Part shown: one piece after another, positions 18,134 through 26,127 of the stretch
How positions within the stretch are numbered: the stretch's first letter is position 1
Layout: every line of letters starts with the position of its first letter
Origin: an uncultured Alphaproteobacteria bacterium
GTDB taxonomy: Bacteria > Pseudomonadota > Alphaproteobacteria > Rhizobiales > Xanthobacteraceae
Length of the DNA: 64,000 nucleotides
Direction of reading: 5' to 3'
Assembly: GCA_963775515.1 (NCBI GenBank)
Contig: CAVZIQ010000003.1
Span: 198,308 to 262,307 of the forward strand
Position numbers and translations under genes: made by a program
Notes under the pieces: model-generated
Told to the model about the DNA's origin: nothing
The model's input: only the letters and a program-made list of their open reading frames with translations
Databases searched by the model: none

Positions 18134-20821
18134 CTAGACCGGCAGGTTCACGACAACAATGGACGGGTCCTGCGGATCGGACGAAATCCGAAAGCCGAGC
18201 TTGCGGCACATTTCCACCATCGTCGTGTTCTCGCGCAGGACTTGCCCGCGAACGGAGCTGAACCCTTCGGCGCGGGCATATTCGATGATCATCTCCATCA
18301 GCAGCCATCCGAGACCGTGTCCTTTCATGTCGGAACGAACAAGAATGGCGTATTCCGCGCTCTCGAAGGTGGGGTCGGCGTGAATGCGCACCACGCCGAG
18401 CATTTGGCCGGTCGCCTCGTCGATGGCGATGAACGCCATGGCGCGCGCGTAATCGATCTGGGTAAATCGCGCGATGAAGGCGTGGCTGAATTCCTTGAGC
18501 GGAGCAAAGAACCGCAGGCGCAAATCCTGTTGCGTCACGGCGGCGAAAAACGGCGGATACAGGGCTTCGTCTTCGGGACGGACCGGCCGCACCAGAAGCT
18601 TCCTGTCGTCCGGCAGCGACATGTGCCGCTCCCACGCCTTTGGATAGGGCCTGATCGCGAAACGTCCCGCCGGCCCGCGCCGGTGCGGTTCGGCCGGCGC
18701 GACGGAGACGCGGGCGTCGACTGCGATGACGCCGGTCTCGTCGGCGAGAACCGGATTGAGATCGATCTCGCGGATCTCGGGAAAATCGGCGGCAAGCTGG
18801 GAGAGCTTGACCAAGACAAGCGCGATGGCCTGTTCGTCCGCGGCGGGCACGTTACGGTAAGCTTTTAGAATCCGCGACACCTGGGTGCGCGCGATCAAGC
18901 TGCGCGCCAGCGTCAGGTCGAGCGGCGGCAGCGCCAGTGCCTTGTCGTTGATTACTTCGACCGCGGTGCCGCCTTGACCGAAGACAATGACGGGACCGAA
19001 TGTCGGATCGTCCGCCAGCCCGACGATCAGTTCCCGCGCCTTCGGGCGCACGATCATGGGAAACACGGTCACGCCCGTGATCCGCGCATCGGGTTTTGCC
19101 GCCCGCGCCCGGCTGAGAATCTCCGCCGCGGCCTGGCGCACGTCCTGCTCGGTGATGAGGTTGAGCCGCACGCCGCCGACCTCGGACTTGTGCGCGATGT
19201 CGGGCGACAGAATCTTGAGGACAACCGCGTTGCCGGCGGCAAGATGCGGTTTTGCCGCCGCGACGGCTTCATCCGGATCGCGCGCCAGCACGGCGGGCGT
19301 GATGGCGATGCCATAGGCCGAAAACATTTTCGATATTTCGACGGGATCGAGCCAGGTGCGTTTATCGGCCAAGACGGCGTCAATGATCGGACGCACCGCC
19401 GCCGTATCCGGGGTGAAATCCTCCGGCATGCTGGGCGGCGTCGCCATCAGCTGCTCGCGCGATTCCCGGTATTGCACCAGATGCATAAAACCGCCGACCG
19501 CATCCGATTCGGTCGCGTAGCTCGGGATGTTGGCTGCATCGAACGCTTCCGCGGCAGGATCGCTGGCGCCGATCCAAACCGCGAAGACCGGTTTCGCCGG
19601 ACTGCGCGTTTTGCGATGCCGTTCGGTTACCGCAATAACGGACTTCGCCGCCTCGACCGGCGAAGCCAGCGCGGTCGGCACGTTCATGACCAGCACGGCG
19701 TCGTTGGCGTCGTCGTTGAGCAAGTATTCGAGCGCGATCGCGTATCTTTCTTCGTCCGCGTCGCCGGCGATGTCGGCCGGATTGGCATGCGACCAAATCG
19801 CCGGCAGCGCGGCATCGAGCTTCTTCATGGTCTCAGGCGAAATGCCGGCGAGCTCGCCGCCGAAATCCGCCAGACGATCGACCGCGAGAACGCCGATGCC
19901 GCCGCCATTGGTCAAGATCGCAAGCCGCTTGCCGGCAAGACTCGTCAAATGTCCAAGCGTCTCCGCGGCGGCGAACAGTTCGTCGAGATCGAGCACGCGC
20001 AACAGACCGGCGCGGCGGAACGCCGCGTCATAAACCGCGTCCGAACCGGCCAGCGCGCCGGTATGCGTCATTGCGGCTTTGGCGCCCTGCGCATGACGTC
20101 CGGTCTTGACCACGAGCACCGGCTTGGCGCGCGCGGCGGCGCGCGCCGCCGACATGAACTTGCGCGCGTCCTTGACCGATTCGATGTAGAGCAAAATCGC
20201 CCGCGTCGGCCGATCCGTGGCGAAGAAATCGAGCAGGTCGGCAAAATCGACGTCGATACTGTCGCCGATCGAGACCACGGCGGAAAATCCGATGCCGCGA
20301 ACCGATGCCCATTGCACCAAGCCGGTCGCAATGGCGCCGGATTGCGAGATGAGCGCCAGGTCGCCGGGTCGCGGCATCGAAGCGGCAAAGCTCGCATTGA
20401 GTTTGACGCCGGGCACCAGTACGCCCAGGCAATTCGGTCCGATGAGGCGCAAGCCGGTTGCGCGCGCGGCTTCCTCGGACGCTTCCGCCAGCGAGCCCGG
20501 ACCGTGGCCGAGGCCGGACGTGACGATGACGGCGGCAGCGGTGCCTTTGGCTCCGGCGGCGGTAATGGCGGAGGGAACCGCCGGCGGTGGGACGCCGATC
20601 ACAGCGAGATCGGGCGCAGTCGGAAGGTCGGCGTAGGATTTAACCGCGCGAACACCCTCGATGGCGTCGTAATGCGGATTGACCAATCGGATTTCGCCAG
20701 CAAAGCCGCCGCGGAGCAGATTCTTCAAGACCGCACGGCCGGGTGACTTTTCCCGCGGGCTCGCGCCGACGACGGCGACGGATCGCGGCGAAAACACTTT
20801 GTCGAGACGATAGATTGACAT
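18134..20821 (-). CDS. Pat-like protein: NDP-forming acyl-CoA synthetase-like domains fused to a C-terminal GNAT acetyltransferase
   Basis: N-terminal CoA-binding 'SVAVVGASPREKSPGRAVLKNL', ligase-CoA and ATP-grasp regions, C-terminal GNAT ('VRSDMKGHGLGWLLMEMIIEYAR'). Confidence 0.88.
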   Translation of the reverse strand: MSIYRLDKVFSPRSVAVVGASPREKSPGRAVLKNLLRGGFAGEIRLVNPHYDAIEGVRAVKSYADLPTAPDLAVIGVPPPAVPSAITAAGAKGTAAAVIVTSGLGHGPGSLAEASEEAARATGLRLIGPNCLGVLVPGVKLNASFAASMPRPGDLALISQSGAIATGLVQWASVRGIGFSAVVSIGDSIDVDFADLLDFFATDRPTRAILLYIESVKDARKFMSAARAAARAKPVLVVKTGRHAQGAKAAMTHTGALAGSDAVYDAAFRRAGLLRVLDLDELFAAAETLGHLTSLAGKRLAILTNGGGIGVLAVDRLADFGGELAGISPETMKKLDAALPAIWSHANPADIAGDADEERYAIALEYLLNDDANDAVLVMNVPTALASPVEAAKSVIAVTERHRKTRSPAKPVFAVWIGASDPAAEAFDAANIPSYATESDAVGGFMHLVQYRESREQLMATPPSMPEDFTPDTAAVRPIIDAVLADKRTWLDPVEISKMFSAYGIAITPAVLARDPDEAVAAAKPHLAAGNAVVLKILSPDIAHKSEVGGVRLNLITEQDVRQAAAEILSRARAAKPDARITGVTVFPMIVRPKARELIVGLADDPTFGPVIVFGQGGTAVEVINDKALALPPLDLTLARSLIARTQVSRILKAYRNVPAADEQAIALVLVKLSQLAADFPEIREIDLNPVLADETGVIAVDARVSVAPAEPHRRGPAGRFAIRPYPKAWERHMSLPDDRKLLVRPVRPEDEALYPPFFAAVTQQDLRLRFFAPLKEFSHAFIARFTQIDYARAMAFIAIDEATGQMLGVVRIHADPTFESAEYAILVRSDMKGHGLGWLLMEMIIEYARAEGFSSVRGQVLRENTTMVEMCRKLGFRISSDPQDPSIVVVNLPV

Positions 20822-20891
20822 CGGTTCTCGGCCCAGACGCTTCGCAGCCTGACTCAGGATTTAAACAGCTTGCCCAACCAATTTAAGACGT

Positions 20892-20918
20892 GAATGCCCG
20901 GCACCAGGCCGGGCATTC
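20892..20918. repeat. Hairpin element GAATGCCCGG-loop-CCGGGCATTC
   Basis: Perfect 10-bp stem read directly. The same stem sequence recurs at 49971-49995. Confidence 0.7.
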
Positions 20919-20948
20919 CGCCGTAAGTATTGACACAGATCCGACCGT

Positions 20949-21440
20949 TCAGCCAACCAGCGGCCGCAGCATCGGATATTCATCGACCATATGCACCCGC
21001 TCGATCAGGCCATCGAGGCCGAAAACATGGCCGGCGCGATGGGCGATCAGATAGAGGATCACGGTTGCATAAACGAGATGATAGTCGACGAGGAAATTGA
21101 CCGGTTCCTCGATGTAGGGGAATTTCATGTGAGCGAAGTAGTAAGTGATCATCAGCAGGATACCGAACGGTCCGCTGATGCGCACCATCAAGCCGGAGAT
21201 CAGCGACAGGCCGATCAGCAGGTGACCCCACTTTACAAGCAAATCGGTGATGGGCAGCATCGTCGGCGTGCCAAATACCGCAAATGCGGCGTGAAACGTC
21301 ACGACGTGATTCAAGAACCCAGCGGTGTCGAAATTGTCCCAAATCTGCCACACGCCGGCATAGAGAAACGTCCAGCCCATCAAGATACGCAGCACGAAGA
21401 TGATGCCGCGGTCGAGTTTGGTTTCAGTCATTTCAGTCAT
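20949..21440 (-). CDS. DoxX-family membrane protein
   Basis: 'LRILMGWTFLYAGVWQIW...LLVKWGHLLIGLSLISGL' is a 4-TM DoxX pattern. Start at the ATG at 21440 ('MTEMTETK'). Confidence 0.75.
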   Translation of the reverse strand: MTEMTETKLDRGIIFVLRILMGWTFLYAGVWQIWDNFDTAGFLNHVVTFHAAFAVFGTPTMLPITDLLVKWGHLLIGLSLISGLMVRISGPFGILLMITYYFAHMKFPYIEEPVNFLVDYHLVYATVILYLIAHRAGHVFGLDGLIERVHMVDEYPMLRPLVG

Positions 21441-21624
21441 CGCACAGCTCCCTCGGAAGATGATTTCGACCCTATCGCGTCGGCCCCGCACACGGCATTG
21501 ACATGAGTCAAAACGGCCTGCGAGGCGCGGAATTGCGAGCGTCGGGGACAACCGTCGGACTTAAAATTACGAGGAATTAGGCAATTCCCGTCTGCCGACG
21601 TCGAAAAACTTTGGCGCAAGGCCG

Positions 21625-21638
21625 TTGATTCAAATCAA
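21625..21638. promoter_or_regulatory. Second perfect FixK/Fnr box
   Basis: 'TTGATTCAAATCAA' is TTGAT-N4-ATCAA. Its centre lies about 67 nt upstream of the ATG at 21699. Confidence 0.7.
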
Positions 21639-21698
21639 TGCCGCGCCGTGTTCGGGCGAGTGAAATACGACAATTCCGAAAAAGGGAGATGCCGCGCC

Positions 21699-22223
21699 AT
21701 GAAAAACGCTACGCGACAGTTTGCGGTTCTTTCTCAGGGCGTTATCGCCGGCGCAGCAGGCGGCTTGGCAGAGGTCGCCTGGGTGACGTTTTATGCCGGC
21801 GTGACCGGCGGCGATCCCGCGGTTCTGGCGCGCGGCGTCACTAGCGCCGCCGGGGTAAGCGCGCTTTTGCCAACGTCGCCGGCGACGCTCGGCGCCGGTA
21901 TACACATGTCGCTCGCGGTGGCGCTTGGCGTTGCATTGTCCTTCGCTTGGTCGGCGTTGCGCGAGTGCCGGTCGAGCCTGACCAATCCCTATCCGCTGAT
22001 GCTGGCGGTGCTGGCCGCAGTCTGGGCCGTCAACTTCTTTATTGTGCTGCCGGTCGTCAGCCCGGCTTTCGTCCACGTGGTTCCTTATGCGGTCAGTCTG
22101 ACCTCAAAGCTCTTGTTCGGTGCGGCTGCGGCGGAAGTGCTGCGGCGACAGCCTCGGACAATGTCGAGCCTCGCGCCGGTCGCCGTGCGCAAACGTTCCG
22201 ACCGACGCGATCTTAAACGATAA
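21699..22223 (+). CDS. Integral membrane protein of unknown function (likely FixK-controlled)
   Basis: Shine-Dalgarno AAAGGGAGA precedes the ATG at 21699. About 4 hydrophobic helices. No recognised domain. Confidence 0.6.
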   Translation: MKNATRQFAVLSQGVIAGAAGGLAEVAWVTFYAGVTGGDPAVLARGVTSAAGVSALLPTSPATLGAGIHMSLAVALGVALSFAWSALRECRSSLTNPYPLMLAVLAAVWAVNFFIVLPVVSPAFVHVVPYAVSLTSKLLFGAAAAEVLRRQPRTMSSLAPVAVRKRSDRRDLKR

Positions 22224-22241
22224 GCCGGAGGCAATCTGCGG

Positions 22242-23243
22242 CTATTTGGTCGGCACCTTCAGCTTGAGCAGCGCATCGGCATTGCCGTGCGTGAGCTTTG
22301 CCATGTCGGCCGGCGCCGGTGCGACGCGTTCGAGGAAGGCGCGGCCTTCCGCATTCGTTGCAAACGGATAGTCGACCGAGAACATGATGCGATCGAGGCC
22401 GAAAGTCAGGAGCGCGCAGATGAACGGCGGCGCGTCGAACACGCCGCTGGTGGTGAGCCAGACCTGATCGCGGATGGCGCGGCTGATCGGCCGCTTGAGA
22501 TGCCCGACATCGTGCACGAAGGCTTCGTCGATGCGAGCCATCATCATCGGCAGCATCTCACCCATGTGACCGATGATGATTTTCAGCCGCGGATGGCGAT
22601 CGAGCGTGCCGGAGACGGCGAGCCGCAAGACGTGAATGGCCGTCTCGGAATGCCAGCCCCAGCCGGCGGTCTCGAGAACGCGCGCCGCGCCTTCAGGCAG
22701 GTTCGAATAATAGGCCTGCCGCACCGGCTCGGGCGGCAAATGCGGATGAACATAGATCGGTACGTCGAGCTCGACGGCCGCGGCGAGCAAGCCGTCGTAA
22801 CGCGGATCGTCGAGGAAGCGGCCGTCGGTCGTGCCGTTGACCATCGCGCCGACGAAGCCGAGCTCTTTCACGGCGCGGCTGAATTCGGCCGGCGCCGCGT
22901 CGGGGCTTTGCATCGGCAGGGCCGCAAACCCGGCGAAGCGGGCGGGATGGCGCGCGATAGCTGCCGCGAGGTGATCGTTGATGCCGCGCGCCAGCGCGAT
23001 GCCGGCGGGGCCGGGCACCAGATCGGCGGCCGGTCCGGCATTCGACAGCACCTGCACGGTGATGCCGGCGTCGTCCATCGATTTGAGGCGCTTCTCGCCG
23101 ATCTCGGGCAAAAGCTCCATGGGGTTGACCGCGCCGGGCGTAATATTTCTCGGCCGGAAGCCGCGGGCGCTGACGACCTTTGGATCGATGCCGCGGGCCA
23201 GAGCCGGGACCGAAAAATGCTCCTCGAGTGCGACGGTACGCAT
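22242..23243 (-). CDS. Amidohydrolase_2 (ACMSD/metal-dependent TIM-barrel hydrolase-decarboxylase) family protein
   Basis: 'MRTVALEEHF', 'IIGHMGE', 'FSVDYPF'. GGAGGAA Shine-Dalgarno before the ATG at 23243. Confidence 0.8.
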   Translation of the reverse strand: MRTVALEEHFSVPALARGIDPKVVSARGFRPRNITPGAVNPMELLPEIGEKRLKSMDDAGITVQVLSNAGPAADLVPGPAGIALARGINDHLAAAIARHPARFAGFAALPMQSPDAAPAEFSRAVKELGFVGAMVNGTTDGRFLDDPRYDGLLAAAVELDVPIYVHPHLPPEPVRQAYYSNLPEGAARVLETAGWGWHSETAIHVLRLAVSGTLDRHPRLKIIIGHMGEMLPMMMARIDEAFVHDVGHLKRPISRAIRDQVWLTTSGVFDAPPFICALLTFGLDRIMFSVDYPFATNAEGRAFLERVAPAPADMAKLTHGNADALLKLKVPTK

Positions 23244-23335
23244 AGCCGATTTCCTCCATTGACGGCGGGTTGTTGCATTGCTGGCGCCGCCTAGCAAGCG
23301 CGGTACACCGCCCGCAGTGATGCTATAATAAATCG

Positions 23336-24556
23336 ATGGCGCGTATATTCATCAATTACCGACGGGACGATACGCCCGGCGTCGCCGGGCGGTTGTTCGA
23401 TTACCTGACGAAGAAATATTCCAGGCGCGAGCTATTCATGGATGTCGATGCCATGGAGCCGGGCCGCGACTTCGCCAAGCAGCTGGCCAGTCAAGTCTCC
23501 CAATGTAATGTGTTGCTCGCCGTGATCGGCCCGCACTGGCTTGACGCCCACGACCAAGCCGGCAAGCGCCGGCTCGACAACGACAAGGACTATGTGCGCA
23601 TCGAAATCGCCTCGGCGCTTCAGCGCGATATTGCGGTGATCCCGGTGCTGCTCGACGGCGCCGCCATGCCGCCCGAAGAGAGCTTGCCCGACAATCTCAA
23701 GCCGCTGGTCCGCCGTCACGCGCTCGAACTGCGTCACACCCGCTTCTCCGCCGACGCCGATGCGATCGTCCATGCGCTTGAAGCCGTGGTGCCGCGGCGC
23801 AGCGTTCCTTGGACCTGGATCGGCGGCGGCGTCGCCCTGGCGGCCGTCGCAGCGATCGCCCTGCTGTGGCCGAGATTGCACGCAAGAGCCGTACCGCAAC
23901 AGCCGGTTGCCGTTGCCGTGCAAGCGCCGGCACTTCCGCCGGTCGCTGCCTTACCCCCGCAGGTGCAAACGCCGGCGCCGGCGCAGCAGGCGAGCGCACC
24001 GACGCTGCCGGCACCCCCGACGGACTTCGGGCTACCGGCGGACGTCAAGCTCGGCGAAATGCTCAATGGCATCGCCTTTCCCGGCTCGATCATGCGCGTG
24101 ACCAGCATCTCGGCCGACCCGGCGGTTTGTCAGGCCGCGTGCCGCGCCGAACCGCGCTGTGCGGCTTGGACCTACACGCAGCCCGGCGCTGCTGATGCCC
24201 CGGCGCACTGTTCGCTGAAGGAAGTCATCCCCGGGCGGGTTGCGAATACGTGTTGCGTATCCGGTATCGAGCGCGAACCGCCGCCCGAGATGCGCGAGCC
24301 GCCGCCGGTTTCGGTTACCGTTAGCGGCGCTCAGCGCGGTATCGAATTGCAGGGCGGCACCTATCGTTTTTTCGGCGATGCCACTCCGGAAGCATGCCAG
24401 GCGGCGTGCCGCGCCGAGGGCCAATGCCTGGCGTGGGATTACGTGCGTCCCGGTATCTACAGTCCCGATGCCCGATGCTATCTGAAAGACAAATCTTCGC
24501 GGCCGGTGGCCAGCCCGTGCTGTGTTGCCGGTTTCGAACGGTCGGAGACAAAGTGA
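23336..24556 (+). CDS. TIR-domain protein with single TM helix and two C-terminal PAN/Apple-like modules
   Basis: aa 1-150 'IFINYRRDD...LLAVIGPHWL...DYVRIEIASAL...VIPVLLDG' is TIR_2-like. TM at aa 159-178. Pro/Ala linker. Two repeats 'CQAACRAEPRCAAWTY...HCSLK...CC' and 'CQAACRAEGQCLAWDYV...RCYLK...CC'. Confidence 0.85.
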   Translation: MARIFINYRRDDTPGVAGRLFDYLTKKYSRRELFMDVDAMEPGRDFAKQLASQVSQCNVLLAVIGPHWLDAHDQAGKRRLDNDKDYVRIEIASALQRDIAVIPVLLDGAAMPPEESLPDNLKPLVRRHALELRHTRFSADADAIVHALEAVVPRRSVPWTWIGGGVALAAVAAIALLWPRLHARAVPQQPVAVAVQAPALPPVAALPPQVQTPAPAQQASAPTLPAPPTDFGLPADVKLGEMLNGIAFPGSIMRVTSISADPAVCQAACRAEPRCAAWTYTQPGAADAPAHCSLKEVIPGRVANTCCVSGIEREPPPEMREPPPVSVTVSGAQRGIELQGGTYRFFGDATPEACQAACRAEGQCLAWDYVRPGIYSPDARCYLKDKSSRPVASPCCVAGFERSETK

Positions 24557-25563
24557 TCCGCGCCGGAATCGTCGGACTTGGCCGCTGGGGCCGCGCGCTG
24601 GTCGACGCCGTTGCCGGTAAAAGCGACGACATTCGTTTCGTGCGCGCCACGACGCGCACGCGCGCCGGCGCCGAAGAGTTCTGTCGCGAGCGCCGGATCG
24701 CTGTGGCCGACAGCTATGACGAAATTCTGCGCGCGCCGGATATCGATGCCGTCGTGCTCGCCACGCCGCACAGCCAGCATGAGGCGCAGGCGCTTGCCGC
24801 GATCGCCGCCGGCAAGCATGTCTTCGTCGAAAAGCCGCTGACGCTCGATCATGACAGCGCGCTTGTCGTCGCCGATGCCGCACGCAAAGCCGGATTGGTT
24901 TTAGCCGTCGGCTTCACGCGGCGGTTTCATCCAAGCATCGCCGAGCTGCGGCTGCGCGCACGCGACGGCCGGCTCGGCAGCATCGTCGCGATGGTGGCCC
25001 AGCACACCACCTCGACCGCGCAATTCATTGCGCCGGACAATTGGCGTGCGTCGGCTGAAGAAGCGCCGGGCGGCGCCTTCACCGCTGTCGGCGTGCATGC
25101 GCTCGACCACATGATCGAGCTCGCCGGCCGCGTGCGCGACGTACGCTGCGTCACCGCGCGCAACTATCCGGGCCCGTCCGACGATACGACCACGATCATG
25201 CTGCGGTTCGAGGCCGGAGCAAGCGGGTTGCTCTTCGGCTCGGTGGCGACCGCCACCAATTTCGAGTTCACCGCCTATGGCACCAACGGTCTCGTCGAAA
25301 TTTCCCGTCCCGACCTGTCGCATTTTCGTTTCGTGCCGACCGCGACGGCCGCGCCGACCGGCGTGATAGCCGCACCGGCGGACGATATTTTGCAATTCCC
25401 CGGGTTCGACATGTTGCACGCCGAAATGACCGCGTTTGCCCGCGCGATTCGCGATGCTACGCCCTATCCGGTGCCGATCGCCGACGTGCTCCATGGCATG
25501 GCGGTGTTCGATGCCGTCGTGGAGTCGGCAAAATGCGGCGAAATCGTTGCCGTCCGCAACTGA
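24553..25563 (+). CDS. Gfo/Idh/MocA-family NAD(P)-dependent oxidoreductase
   Basis: GTG start overlapping the TIR stop (GTGA). 'IRAGIVGLGRWG' Rossmann motif. 'VVLATPHSQHEAQALAAIAAGKHVFVEKPL'. Confidence 0.85.
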   Translation: MIRAGIVGLGRWGRALVDAVAGKSDDIRFVRATTRTRAGAEEFCRERRIAVADSYDEILRAPDIDAVVLATPHSQHEAQALAAIAAGKHVFVEKPLTLDHDSALVVADAARKAGLVLAVGFTRRFHPSIAELRLRARDGRLGSIVAMVAQHTTSTAQFIAPDNWRASAEEAPGGAFTAVGVHALDHMIELAGRVRDVRCVTARNYPGPSDDTTTIMLRFEAGASGLLFGSVATATNFEFTAYGTNGLVEISRPDLSHFRFVPTATAAPTGVIAAPADDILQFPGFDMLHAEMTAFARAIRDATPYPVPIADVLHGMAVFDAVVESAKCGEIVAVRN

Positions 25564-25814
25564 TTTCATTTGCGCGCATCGGAATACTTTTTGATTTTGT
25601 TAAGGCTGTATGCCGGCTGTCATAAACCGGCCCGCGCGGTCTTGCGAAAAAGCCGTGTTGCCGCTAAATAGCTCGGATCGAGTTTTCGGCCGAATGACTT
25701 GGCTTTGCAGCGACTGATAGCGCGCCTGACTGACGATCTTTCACCAAAATCTCGAGCTAACCGAGCCGCGTACACTCGCGCGGCTTACATCGACATGTCT
25801 ATGAGGAGAGACCC

Positions 25815-26024
25815 GTGAACAACGGAACCGTGAAGTGGTTCAACGCACAGAAAGGCTATGGATTCATTCAACCCGAGGGCGGCGGCAAGGACGTGTTCGT
25901 CCATATCAGCGCCGTCGAGCGCGCCGGCCTGCGCGAGCTGAGGGAAGGCCAACGCGTATCCTTCGAAATCGTGGTGGACCGCAAGACCGGAAAGTCGGCC
26001 GCTGAAAATCTGAAGACGATGTAA
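25815..26024 (+). CDS. cspA: Cold-shock protein (CspA family)
   Basis: '[31 protein letters not shown]' contains the RNP1/RNP2 motifs. Preceded by a roughly 250-nt untranslated leader. Confidence 0.92.
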   Translation: MNNGTVKWFNAQKGYGFIQPEGGGKDVFVHISAVERAGLRELREGQRVSFEIVVDRKTGKSAAENLKTM

Positions 26025-26074
26025 CTCGAGTTACACGCGGCCGGAGCATCGGCCGCGCTCTTACGAAGTGACAG

Positions 26075-26104
26075 CCCGGATTGCGCTTGCGCAGTCCGGG
26101 TTTA
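26075..26104 (+). terminator. Probable intrinsic terminator after cspA
   Basis: Stem CCCGGATTGCGC / GCGCAGTCCGGG (one mismatch) followed by TTTAT. Confidence 0.5.
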
Positions 26105-26127
26105 TCGAACGCGCGGCGCCCCGGATT

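Noticed and set aside
20929-20942. FixK-like half sites: 'TTGACACAGATCCG' upstream of the Pat-like gene and 'TTTGTGCTATCAAT' (about 29973-29986) upstream of the LldD-like gene.
   Set aside because: Only one half-site matches TTGA-N6-TCAA in each case, which chance can explain.
25564-25814. The long cspA leader as a defined cold-shock RNA thermosensor.
   Set aside because: Long 5' UTRs are expected for cspA-family genes, but I could not identify a specific conserved structure or cold-box by eye.
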